Positions 18,146 through 27,097 of a stretch of DNA of 64,000 nt are shown piece by piece. The notes beneath the pieces are model-generated. The model saw only the letters and a program-made list of their open reading frames with translations. It did no database searches and was not told the DNA's origin. The translations under genes and the position numbers were made by a program. Location of the stretch: NCBI GenBank assembly GCA_963729115.1, contig CAVSMR010000003.1, positions 1,093,720 to 1,157,719 of the forward strand. Reading direction: 5' to 3'. Numbering within the stretch: position 1 is the first letter of the stretch; the number at the start of each line of letters is the position of its first letter. Source of the stretch: an uncultured Actinomycetota bacterium. GTDB taxonomy: Bacteria > Actinomycetota > Actinomycetes > Mycobacteriales > Pseudonocardiaceae.

Positions 18146-20341
18146 TCACCGCACAGGTTGCGGAATGCTTGACAGTTCCTCGGTCGGGTGATCATCAATT
18201 CGTGTCCCGGCTGGACGGCCGATCCGACCCGGCCACCAGTTCGCCCGGCCCAGCAAGGCCATCAGCGACGGCAGCACGAGCACCCGGATCACCATCGCGT
18301 CGAGGAACACCGCGACCGCCAGCCCGACGCCCATCTGCTTCATCTCGTTCATGGACAGCGTCGCGAAGATGGCGAACACCGACACCATCACGATGGCCGC
18401 GCTCGTGACCACCCCGGCCGACCGGCTGATGCCGAACCCGACCGCCTGCTTGGTCGGCATGCCGCGTTGCGCCGCCTCGCGGATCCGGCTCACCACGAAG
18501 ACGTGGTAGTCCATGGACAGTCCGAACAGGACGGCGAAGAGGAACAGCGGGATCCACGTGACGATCGTGCCCGACGAGTGGAAGTCGAGGATCCCCTCCG
18601 CCCAGGTGTGCTGGAACACCAGCACGAGCGTGCCGAACGCCGCCCCCACCGACAGCAGGTTGAGCAGCAACGAGCTGAGCGCGACGGCCACCGACCGGAA
18701 CGTGGCCAGCATGACGGCGAACGTCAGCAGCAGCACGAACCCGATCACCCACGGCATCCGGTCGGACAGGTGCGTGGTGGAGTCGATGTCCCACGCGATC
18801 GGGCCGCCCACCGCCGCCTCGGCACCGGTCACCGATCCGGCGGTCGCCGGCACGAGCTCGGTGCGCAGCTTCTCCAGCGATCGGGCCGCCCCGTCCGTGC
18901 CCGGCTGCTGGCGCGTCGGCACGTCGAGCAGCGTGACCCGGCGGTCCGCGGACACCTCGATCTTCGGCGGCGCCACGCTCGCGTACAGCGGGTCCCGGCG
19001 CGTCCGGTCGTACAGCTCGGTCAGCTGCGCGCGGACCCGCTGCGCCTGGTCCGGCGCGGCCCGCACGGCGACCAGGTGGTTCACGCCCTCGCCCGGGAAG
19101 GACTCGGTCAGCCGGTCGTAGGTGCGCATCACCGGGATCGCCCGCGGCAGGTCGTCGTCACCCGACGACTTCAGCTTCAGGTCCAGCGCGGGCCAGGCGA
19201 GCGCGCCCAGAGCGGCGAGCGCCACCAGCAGCGTGGCCAGCGGGTACCGCAGGGCGGGGCGCAGCAGCGCCGGCCACACCCGCGGCGGCCCGGACCGGTT
19301 AGTCAGCCGCCACAGCAGCGGCACGCGCGGCCGGTCCACCCGCCGGCCGAGCTTGGCCAGCAACGCCGGCAGCACCGTGAGGGAGCCGAGCACGGCCACC
19401 GCCACCACGATGATCGAACCGGTGGCGAGCGAGGTGAAGACGACGTCCCCGGCCAGGTAGAGCCCGGCCATCGACACGATCACCGCGAACCCGGACACCA
19501 CCACCGCGTGCCCCGACGTGGCCGCCGCGATCTCCACCGCCCGCACGTGCGAGTTGCCGTTGGCGCGTTCCTCCCGCTCGCGCTTGAGGTAGAAGAGCGA
19601 GTAGTCCACGCCGACCGCCATGCCCATCAGCAGGATGATGCTGGAGATCGTGTCCACGGACGGGAGTGCGTGCGAGACGATCGCGGACAGCCCGAACGCC
19701 GAGGCCACCGCGGACAGCGCGAGCAGCACCGGCACGCCCGCCGCGATGATCGCGCCGAACGCCACCAGCATGATCAGCAGCGTCACCGGCAGGCTGATGA
19801 ACTCCGCCTTGGACAGGTCGTTCGCGACCTGGTCGGTGACTCCCTTCTCGATCGACGGCCCGCCGACCTGCGCCACGCGCAGGTCGGGGTGGTCGGCCTG
19901 CACCGCCGCGGTCGCGTCGAGCAGGGTCGCCACCCGGTCCGGTGCCGTGTCCGGGTCGCCGGTCATCGTCATCGGGACCAGCAGCGCGCGCCCGTCGTGC
20001 GACGGCACCGGCTCGCCGACCTCGTCGACGTCGCGAAGCGCCCCCAGCCGCTTCGCGACGTCGGCCGCCGCGGCCGCGGCGGCCGTCCGGTCCAGCTCCC
20101 CCGAGCGGGCCGTGATCAGCACGTTCTCCTCGGCCGGGTCGTCGAACTGCCCCGAGTCGATGATCTCTGTCGCGCGGGCGGTCTCGCCCTGCGCCATGTC
20201 CTTGTCGGAGGCGGTGTTCGTCCCCGCCCACGATCCGGCCGCGAAGCACACGGCGACGAACACGACCCACAGGCCGATGGCCCGCCAGGGGTGGGTCGCA
20301 CTCCACCGAGCTACGCGAACCGTCACTGCTCGCTTGGTCAC
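18146..20341 (-). CDS. MMPL (RND-superfamily) transporter
   Basis: Two TM halves with GMAVGVDYSLF and FGLSMDYHVF; start GTG 20341 with GAAAGGA SD. Confidence 0.92.
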   Translation of the reverse strand: MTKRAVTVRVARWSATHPWRAIGLWVVFVAVCFAAGSWAGTNTASDKDMAQGETARATEIIDSGQFDDPAEENVLITARSGELDRTAAAAAAADVAKRLGALRDVDEVGEPVPSHDGRALLVPMTMTGDPDTAPDRVATLLDATAAVQADHPDLRVAQVGGPSIEKGVTDQVANDLSKAEFISLPVTLLIMLVAFGAIIAAGVPVLLALSAVASAFGLSAIVSHALPSVDTISSIILLMGMAVGVDYSLFYLKREREERANGNSHVRAVEIAAATSGHAVVVSGFAVIVSMAGLYLAGDVVFTSLATGSIIVVAVAVLGSLTVLPALLAKLGRRVDRPRVPLLWRLTNRSGPPRVWPALLRPALRYPLATLLVALAALGALAWPALDLKLKSSGDDDLPRAIPVMRTYDRLTESFPGEGVNHLVAVRAAPDQAQRVRAQLTELYDRTRRDPLYASVAPPKIEVSADRRVTLLDVPTRQQPGTDGAARSLEKLRTELVPATAGSVTGAEAAVGGPIAWDIDSTTHLSDRMPWVIGFVLLLTFAVMLATFRSVAVALSSLLLNLLSVGAAFGTLVLVFQHTWAEGILDFHSSGTIVTWIPLFLFAVLFGLSMDYHVFVVSRIREAAQRGMPTKQAVGFGISRSAGVVTSAAIVMVSVFAIFATLSMNEMKQMGVGLAVAVFLDAMVIRVLVLPSLMALLGRANWWPGRIGRPAGTRIDDHPTEELSSIPQPVR

Positions 20342-20426
20342 CCGATCGTCCTTTCCGTTACGTGTCAACGGAAAGATGGTCTCGGGATGCGTGGTCCGGC
20401 ACACGGGTGCGCGCCCCCGAACCTGG

Positions 20427-20444
20427 GGTGGGGCCAGCCCCACC
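20427..20444. promoter_or_regulatory. Palindrome GGTGGGGC-CA-GCCCCACC, possible NarL/LuxR-type operator
   Basis: Perfect 8-2-8 dyad upstream of the MMPL gene; the regulator assignment is inference. Confidence 0.45.
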
Positions 20445-20538
20445 ACGCCGTCCGGCCGGCATGGCAAAGGCAAACAATATGTACGTGGTAATTGGTGAAC
20501 CTTGCTCCTGCCGCCGCTCGTCGGCTAACCCCTGAGAT

Positions 20539-21693
20539 ATGAATCTGCGCAGTGGCAAGAGGCTGGCGAAGGTCGGGGTCGCGTGCTTGATCGGCACGGT
20601 CGCCGCCGTGGTGGCGGCGATCCCCTCCAACGCGCAGCCGGCGGAGGAGACCGCCGGCTACATCGTCGTCCTGGACGACAGCACGGGGGTCCAGGCCAGG
20701 GCGGCGTCGGTCGCCGACCGTTACGGCAGCGCGGTGGAGCACACCTACACCGCCGCGCTGCACGGCTTCTCCTTGCGCCTCACCAAGAGTGAGGCGAGCG
20801 AGCTCGCCAAGGAGGGCGGCGTGGCCTACGTCGTGCCGGACACCCCGGTGCAGACGCAGGGCCAGCAGGTCAACCCGCCGTCGTGGGGGCTGGACCGCAT
20901 CGACCAGCACAACCTGCCGCTCGACGGCGTCTACAACTACCCGAACGAGGCCGAGAACGTCCACGCGTACGTCCTCGACACCGGGATCCAGGCCACGCAC
21001 CACGACTTCGGCGGCCGCGTCGCGCCGGGCTTCGACCTCGCCGGCGGCGACGGCAGGACCGACGAGAACGGGCACGGCACGTTCATGGCCGGCGTGCTCG
21101 GCGGCACCCAGTTCGGCGTCGCCAAGGGCGTCACGCTGGTGCCCGTGAAGGTCCTGGACGGCTCCGGCTCCGGCACGATCGAGGGCATCCTCGCCGGCAT
21201 CGACTGGATCACCGCGAACGCCGCCAAGCCGGCCGTGGTGAGCGTGAGCCTGGGCGGCGGCGCGAACGCCGCGCTCGACGACGCGGTCCGCAGCTCGATC
21301 GCCTCCGGCGTGTCCTACTCCGTGGTCGCCGGCGGCTCCGGGTCCGACGCCGGGAACTTCTCGCCGGGCCGCGTCGCCGAGGCGATCACGGTCGGTGGCA
21401 CCGACATGAACGACTGCGTCGCCTCCTTCTCCAACTTCGGCCCGGTGCTCGACATCTACGCGCCCGGCGTGAGCATCACCGGCCCGTGGATCGGCTCGGA
21501 CACCGCGACCAACACGCTGTCCGGTTCGGTCTCCGCGCCGCACGTGGCCGGCGGCGCCGCGTTGTACCTGCACGACAACCCGGGCGCGTCGGCAGCCGAC
21601 GTGGCCGCGCACATCACGTCGACGGCGACCCAGGGCGTGCTGTGCAACGCCAAGCCGAACACCGTGAACAGCCTGCTCTACGTCGGTCCCTGA
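20539..21693 (+). CDS. Secreted S8 subtilase (aqualysin/proteinase K-like) with I9 propeptide and degenerate active-site motifs
   Basis: Signal peptide, YIVVL I9 domain, WGLDRIDQ, VLDTG, HGT, VKVL, SAPHVAG. Confidence 0.88.
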   Translation: MNLRSGKRLAKVGVACLIGTVAAVVAAIPSNAQPAEETAGYIVVLDDSTGVQARAASVADRYGSAVEHTYTAALHGFSLRLTKSEASELAKEGGVAYVVPDTPVQTQGQQVNPPSWGLDRIDQHNLPLDGVYNYPNEAENVHAYVLDTGIQATHHDFGGRVAPGFDLAGGDGRTDENGHGTFMAGVLGGTQFGVAKGVTLVPVKVLDGSGSGTIEGILAGIDWITANAAKPAVVSVSLGGGANAALDDAVRSSIASGVSYSVVAGGSGSDAGNFSPGRVAEAITVGGTDMNDCVASFSNFGPVLDIYAPGVSITGPWIGSDTATNTLSGSVSAPHVAGGAALYLHDNPGASAADVAAHITSTATQGVLCNAKPNTVNSLLYVGP

Positions 21694-21704
21694 CCCACCT
21701 CACC

Positions 21705-21742
21705 AGCGGCGCCCGCCCTCCGCCGAGGGGGCGGGCGCCGCT
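21705..21742 (+). terminator. Intrinsic terminator
   Basis: Stem AGCGGCGCCCGCCC / GGGCGGGCGCCGCT after the subtilase stop. Confidence 0.8.
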
Positions 21743-21839
21743 TGCTGAGGGGCCTGTCACGTGGGACTGACCACCCGATACGCGGGAATCACCGGGTAAC
21801 GTGCTGAGGACTCGTCACCGGCACGTGGAGGTATCCGGC

Positions 21840-24800
21840 ATGTTCCGCAAGGTCCTCGTGGCGAACCGCGGGGAGATCGCCATCCGGGCGTTCCGCGCCG
21901 GATACGAGCTCGGCGCCGGCACGGTCGCCGTCTTCCCCCACGAGGACCGCAACTCGCTGCACCGGATGAAGGCCGACGAGGCCTACGAGATCGGCGAGGC
22001 CGGGCACCCGGTGCGGGCGTACCTGTCCGTCGAGGAGATCGTCAAGGCCGCCCGCAAGGCCGGGGCGGACGCGGTCTACCCGGGCTACGGCTTCCTCTCG
22101 GAGAACCCCGAGCTCGCCCGCGCGTGCGAGGCGGCCGGCATCACGTTCGTCGGCCCGTCGACCGAGATCCTCGAGCTGACCGGCAACAAGGCGCGCGCCG
22201 TCGCCGCCGCGCGGGAGGCCGGGCTGCCGGTGCTGCGCTCGTCGGAGCCGTCGGCGGACCTGGACACCCTGCTCGCGGCGGGGGAGGAGCTGGGCTTCCC
22301 GCTGTTCGTCAAGGCGGTCGCCGGCGGTGGCGGGCGCGGCATGCGGCGGGTGCTCGAGGCCGGGGCGCTGCGCGAGTCGATCGAGGCGGCCATGCGCGAG
22401 GCCGAGTCCGCGTTCGGCGACCCGACCGTGTTCCTCGAGCAGGCGGTCGTGCACCCGCGCCACATCGAGGTGCAGATCCTGGCCGACGGCGTGGGTGGCG
22501 TGCTGCACCTGTTCGAGCGCGACTGCTCGGTGCAGCGGCGCCACCAGAAGGTCATCGAGATCGCGCCCGCGCCGAACCTGGACCCGGAGCTGCGGGACCG
22601 GATCTGCGCCGACGCGGTCCGCTTCGCCCGGCACATCGGCTACCGCAACGCCGGCACCGTCGAGTTCCTGCTGGCGCAGGACGGCCGGCACGTGTTCATC
22701 GAGATGAACCCGCGCATCCAGGTCGAGCACACGGTGACCGAGGAGGTCACCGACGTCGACCTCGTGCAGTCGCAGCTGCGCATCGCCGCGGGCGAGACGC
22801 TCGACGACCTGGGGCTGCGGCAGGAGGACATCCGCACGCGCGGCGCCGCGCTGCAGTGCCGCATCACGACCGAGGACCCGGCCAACGGGTTCCGCCCGGA
22901 CACCGGGATCATCAGCGCCTACCGGTCGCCGGGTGGCGCGGGCATCCGGCTCGACGGCGGCACCGACTTCTCCGGCACGGAGATCAGCGCGCACTTCGAC
23001 TCGATGCTGGTCAAGCTCTCCTGCCGCGGGCGGGACTTCCCGGCCGCGGTGGCCCGGGCCCGGCGCGCGGTCGCCGAGTTCCGCATCCGCGGCGTGGCCA
23101 CGAACATCCCGTTCCTGCAGGCCGTGCTGGACGACCCGGACTTCCTCGCGGGCCGGGTCACCACGGCGTTCATCGAGGACCGGCCGCACCTGCTGACCGC
23201 GCGGCACTCCGCCGACCGCGGCACCCGGCTGCTGACCTACCTCGTCGACGTCACGGTCAACAAGCCGCACGGCGAGCGGCCCGAGATCATCGACCCGGCG
23301 AAGAAACTGCCCGCGGTCGACGTGGCCACGCCGCCCGCCGGCACCAAGGAGCGGCTCACCGAACTGGGGCCGGAGGGCTTCGCGCGCTGGCTGCGGGAGT
23401 CGAAGGCGGTGGGCGTCACCGACACGACGTTCCGCGACGCGCACCAGTCGCTGCTCGCCACCCGGGTGCGCACGAAGGACCTGGTCACGGTCGCGCCGTA
23501 CGTCGCGCAGCTGATGCCCGAGCTGCTGTCCGTGGAGTGCTGGGGCGGCGCGACCTACGACGTGGCGCTGCGCTTCCTGGCCGAGGACCCGTGGGAGCGG
23601 CTGGCGGCGCTGCGCACGGCGTTGCCCAACCTGTGCCTGCAGATGCTGCTGCGCGGGCGCAACACCGTCGGCTACACGCCCTACCCGACCGAGGTGACCG
23701 CCGCGTTCGTCGAGGAGGCGGCCGCCACCGGCATCGACATCTTCCGGATCTTCGACGCGCTGAACGACGTCGAGCAGATGCGGCCGGCCATCGACGCGGT
23801 GCTCGAGACCGGCACCTCGGTCGCCGAGGTGGCGCTCTGCTACACGGCCGACCTGTCCGACCCGGCCGAGCGTCTGTACACATTGGACTACTACCTGAAG
23901 CTCGCCGAGCAGATCGTCGGCGCGGGCGCGCAGGTGCTGTGCGTCAAGGACATGGCCGGGCTGCTGCGCCCGCCGGCCGCGCACCGGCTGGTCACCGCGC
24001 TGCGCAAGGAGTTCGACCTGCCGGTGCACCTGCACACCCACGACACCGCGGGCGGGCAGCTCGCCACCTACCTCGCCGCCATCCAGGCCGGGGTGGACGC
24101 GGTCGACGGCGCCGCCGCGTCGATGGCCGGCACCACCTCGCAGCCGTCGCTGTCCGCGATCGTCGCGGCCACCGACCACGGCGAGCGGGAGACCGGGCTG
24201 GACCTGCAGTCGGTGTGCGACCTGGAGCCGTACTGGGAGATCGTGCGCAAGGTCTACGCGCCGTTCGAGGCGGGGCTGCCCGGGCCGAGCGGGCGCGTGT
24301 ACACCCACGAGATCCCGGGTGGACAGCTGTCGAACCTGCGCACCCAGGCCACCGCGCTCGGTCTCGCGGACCGCTTCGAGCAGATCGAGGCGACCTACGC
24401 GGCGGCCGACCGGATGCTCGGCCGGCTGATCAAGGTGACCCCGTCGTCCAAAGTGGTCGGTGATCTCGCGCTGCACCTCGTCGGCGCGGGGGTGTCCCCG
24501 GCGGACTTCGAGGCCGACCCGGGCCGCTACGACGTGCCCGGCTCGGTGATCGGTTTCCTGCGCGGCGACCTCGGCGACCCGGCGGGCGGCTGGCCGGAGC
24601 CGTTCCGCAGCAAGGCGTTGCGCGGTCGTGCCGAGCCGAAACCGGCCGCCGCGCTGTCGGCGGAGGACCTGACCGGCCTGGCGCAGGACCGTCGCGCGAC
24701 GCTCAACCGGCTGCTGTTTCCCGAGCCCACCAAGGAGTTCCTGACCCACCGCGAGCAGTTCGGCGACACGAGCGTGCTGGCGAGCAAGGACTTCTTCTAC

Positions 24801-25214
24801 GGGCTGCGGTCGCGCATCGAGTACCCGGTCGACCTCGAGCGCGGCGTCCGGCTGCTGATCGAGCTGGAGGCGATCGGCGAGGCCGACGAGCGCGGCATCC
24901 GCAACGTGATGGCCAACCTCAACGGCCAGCTGCGGACCATCCAGGTCCGCGACCGGTCCGTGGCCTCGGACCTGCCGGTCGCCGAGCGCGCCGACCGGGC
25001 CAACCCGGGGCACGTCGCCGCGCCGTTCGCCGGTGTCGTGACGCTGCAGGTGGGCGAGGGCGACGAGGTCGAGACGGGCGACACGGTGGCCACCATCGAG
25101 GCGATGAAGATGGAGGCCTCGATCACCGCCCCGACGGCCGGCACCGTGGCCCGCCTGGCGATCAGCTCCGTGGCACAGGTCGAGGGTGGCGACCTGCTCG
25201 TCGTCCTGAGCTGA
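21840..25214 (+). CDS. pyc: Pyruvate carboxylase
   Basis: KVLVANRGEIA, YPGYGFLSEN, RDAHQSLLATR, HLHTHDT, biotinyl EAMKME; ATG 21840 after GGAGG. Confidence 0.97.
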   Translation: MFRKVLVANRGEIAIRAFRAGYELGAGTVAVFPHEDRNSLHRMKADEAYEIGEAGHPVRAYLSVEEIVKAARKAGADAVYPGYGFLSENPELARACEAAGITFVGPSTEILELTGNKARAVAAAREAGLPVLRSSEPSADLDTLLAAGEELGFPLFVKAVAGGGGRGMRRVLEAGALRESIEAAMREAESAFGDPTVFLEQAVVHPRHIEVQILADGVGGVLHLFERDCSVQRRHQKVIEIAPAPNLDPELRDRICADAVRFARHIGYRNAGTVEFLLAQDGRHVFIEMNPRIQVEHTVTEEVTDVDLVQSQLRIAAGETLDDLGLRQEDIRTRGAALQCRITTEDPANGFRPDTGIISAYRSPGGAGIRLDGGTDFSGTEISAHFDSMLVKLSCRGRDFPAAVARARRAVAEFRIRGVATNIPFLQAVLDDPDFLAGRVTTAFIEDRPHLLTARHSADRGTRLLTYLVDVTVNKPHGERPEIIDPAKKLPAVDVATPPAGTKERLTELGPEGFARWLRESKAVGVTDTTFRDAHQSLLATRVRTKDLVTVAPYVAQLMPELLSVECWGGATYDVALRFLAEDPWERLAALRTALPNLCLQMLLRGRNTVGYTPYPTEVTAAFVEEAAATGIDIFRIFDALNDVEQMRPAIDAVLETGTSVAEVALCYTADLSDPAERLYTLDYYLKLAEQIVGAGAQVLCVKDMAGLLRPPAAHRLVTALRKEFDLPVHLHTHDTAGGQLATYLAAIQAGVDAVDGAAASMAGTTSQPSLSAIVAATDHGERETGLDLQSVCDLEPYWEIVRKVYAPFEAGLPGPSGRVYTHEIPGGQLSNLRTQATALGLADRFEQIEATYAAADRMLGRLIKVTPSSKVVGDLALHLVGAGVSPADFEADPGRYDVPGSVIGFLRGDLGDPAGGWPEPFRSKALRGRAEPKPAAALSAEDLTGLAQDRRATLNRLLFPEPTKEFLTHREQFGDTSVLASKDFFYGLRSRIEYPVDLERGVRLLIELEAIGEADERGIRNVMANLNGQLRTIQVRDRSVASDLPVAERADRANPGHVAAPFAGVVTLQVGEGDEVETGDTVATIEAMKMEASITAPTAGTVARLAISSVAQVEGGDLLVVLS

Positions 25215-26229
25215 CCTGCGCCGCGCGGTCGTCGACCAGGCCGTGCTCGACCAGGCTCGCCGCGGTGTCCACAAGGGTCTCCCGCAACGGCCGCGCCGCC
25301 CAGTCGAGCTCGGCCTTCGCCCTGGCGGCGCTGACGTTCTCCGGGCGGCCGGCGAACTCCAGGCCGATCCGCAGCGAGTAGTCGAAGCGCGCGAGTGTCC
25401 ACATGAGCCAGTACGGCAGCGTGCCGGTCGGCACCCGGTAGCCGCGCGGGCCGAACTCGTCGGCCAGGGTCGCGGCCATCTCGGTGAGCCAGACGCTGTC
25501 GCCGGCGCAGATGTAGCGGTTGCCGGCCGCCAGCGGGCTCTCCATCGCGAGCCGGTGCGCGGTCGCGAGGTCGCGCACGTCGACCGGCGCGAAGCCGAGC
25601 TTCGGCACGGCCGGCATCTCGCGGTTGAGCAGCCGGCTCACGATCGACACCGACGTGCCCGCCGCGGCGTGCTGGATCGGGCCGAGCACCATGCCGGCGT
25701 TGATCGCGACGAGCTCCAGCTCCGGGTGCTCCGCAGCGAAGCGCCAGGCGGCCTGCTCGGCCAGCGTCTTGCTCTTCGGGTACGGCGAGCAGTTGTCCAC
25801 GACGGACCAGTCGGCCTCGGTGCGCGGCCGGTGGTCGCCACGCGCGTGCCCGGAGTTGATCGCGGCCACCGACGACGTCAGCACGACCCGCCGCACGCCG
25901 GCCGCCACGCTCGCCGCCAGCACGCGCAGCGTCCCTTCCACGGCCGGGCGGACCAGCTCGTCCTCGTCGCGGGGCGGGGTGGCCGGGAACGGCGAGGCCA
26001 CGTGCAGCACGGCGTCGACACCGGTCAGCGCGGCCGCCCAGCCCCGGTCCGTGGTCAGGTCCGCTTCGACGAACTCCAGGTCGCCGCCGAGCGCGCGCAG
26101 GTGCGCGACCCGGCCCGGGTCCGCGAGCGAGCGCACGGTGCCGCGCACCGAGTGGCCGTGCGCCAGCAGGTCGGCGATGCAGTGCCCGGCGACGAACCCG
26201 GTCGCGCCGGTGACCAGCACCTTGCTCAT
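25162..26229 (-). CDS. NAD-dependent epimerase/aldehyde reductase (extended SDR)
   Basis: VLVTGATGFVAG, VLTSS, YPKSK (YxxxK); 3' end overlaps pyc by 53 nt. Confidence 0.9.
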   Translation of the reverse strand: MSKVLVTGATGFVAGHCIADLLAHGHSVRGTVRSLADPGRVAHLRALGGDLEFVEADLTTDRGWAAALTGVDAVLHVASPFPATPPRDEDELVRPAVEGTLRVLAASVAAGVRRVVLTSSVAAINSGHARGDHRPRTEADWSVVDNCSPYPKSKTLAEQAAWRFAAEHPELELVAINAGMVLGPIQHAAAGTSVSIVSRLLNREMPAVPKLGFAPVDVRDLATAHRLAMESPLAAGNRYICAGDSVWLTEMAATLADEFGPRGYRVPTGTLPYWLMWTLARFDYSLRIGLEFAGRPENVSAARAKAELDWAARPLRETLVDTAASLVEHGLVDDRAAQVSSGRRAGRHPRPVPRS

Positions 26230-26242
26230 CTCGAACTCCCAA

Positions 26243-26277
26243 TCTAAGCAGTGATTAGAATCTAAACACTGTATAGT
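26243..26277. promoter_or_regulatory. Two tandem TetR operators TCTAAGCAGTGATTAGA and TCTAAACACTGTATAGT
   Basis: 17-bp dyads at 26243-26259 and 26261-26277 in the divergent gap; the second overlaps a TATAGT -10 element. Confidence 0.7.
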
Positions 26278-26287
26278 CGTCGGCAGC

Positions 26288-26929
26288 ATGGTCGTCAAGA
26301 AGCGGGTCACCTACGCTCGTCCGATGCCGGACGGGGAGCGCAAGCGCAGCAGCTACCACCACGGTGCGCTGCGCGAGGAGCTGCTCGAGGCATGCGTGCG
26401 GCTGATCGAGGCGGAGGGCATCGGCGCGGTGAGCCTGCGCCGGGTCGCGCGCGAGGCCGGGGTCAGCCCGGGCGCGCCGTACCACCACTTCCCGGACCGC
26501 GCGGCGCTGCTCGCGGCGATCTCGGTGCGGGGGTTCGAACAGCTCGCGACCGACCTGGGCGCGGCCCGCGAGACGGCCTCGGTCTTCCGCGAGGTGCTCC
26601 TCGCGATGCTCGTGGCCTATGTGGACTTCGCCCGCCGGCACAAGGCGTACTTCCAGCTCATGTTCCGCCCGGAGCTCTCGCAGCCGGAGAAGCACCCGGA
26701 CGCGCGCGCCGCGGGCGACGCCGCCTTCGCCGTGCTGACCGACGTGGTCGCGGACTGCGGGGTGTCGGATCCGGACGGCCTGGCCGTCTCCTTGTGGGCC
26801 TTCGGGCACGGCCTCGCATCGCTCGCGATCGACGGCCAGCTCGACCACCGCGGCGAGCTGTGGTGCACGTCGGCCGACGACCTGGTCGGGCGCGCCTTGC
26901 GGTTCGTCGAGTCGGTCCTGCCCGGCTGA
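26288..26929 (+). CDS. TetR-family regulator (WHG-type C-domain)
   Basis: YHHGALREELL, SLRRVAREAGVSPGAPYHHF, LWAFGHG. Confidence 0.92.
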   Translation: MVVKKRVTYARPMPDGERKRSSYHHGALREELLEACVRLIEAEGIGAVSLRRVAREAGVSPGAPYHHFPDRAALLAAISVRGFEQLATDLGAARETASVFREVLLAMLVAYVDFARRHKAYFQLMFRPELSQPEKHPDARAAGDAAFAVLTDVVADCGVSDPDGLAVSLWAFGHGLASLAIDGQLDHRGELWCTSADDLVGRALRFVESVLPG

Positions 26930-27024
26930 GCCCCGGCGCACGCGCCGGCGCCTTCGAAGTGATAGGCGCGTTCACGCATTCGCGCCAGATTCCGTGAGGA
27001 TCTGGCGATCTTGGGTCCGCTGAC

Positions 27025-27039
27025 GTTACGGTGTGTCAC
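27025..27039 (+). promoter_or_regulatory. BldD-like box GTTACGGTGTGTCAC
   Basis: Matches 8 of 9 constrained positions of NTNACNC(A/T)GNGTNAN; 58 nt upstream of the multicopper oxidase ATG. Confidence 0.45.
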
Positions 27040-27097
27040 CGGCCTTGGGCCGGTCCGATCGGTGGGGACCGATCGGCTGGGAATCTGGGGGTTCCTG

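Noticed and set aside
25162-25214. 53-nt convergent overlap of pyc and the SDR gene as a functional antisense device
   Set aside because: The SDR tail is unstructured read-through to the next stop; such overlaps are common in high-GC genomes.
26930-27097. Possible yybP-ykoY Mn riboswitch ahead of the Mn oxidase
   Set aside because: Hairpins are present, but I could not find the conserved GGGGAGUA-type and companion loop motifs; an Infernal RF00080 search would settle it.
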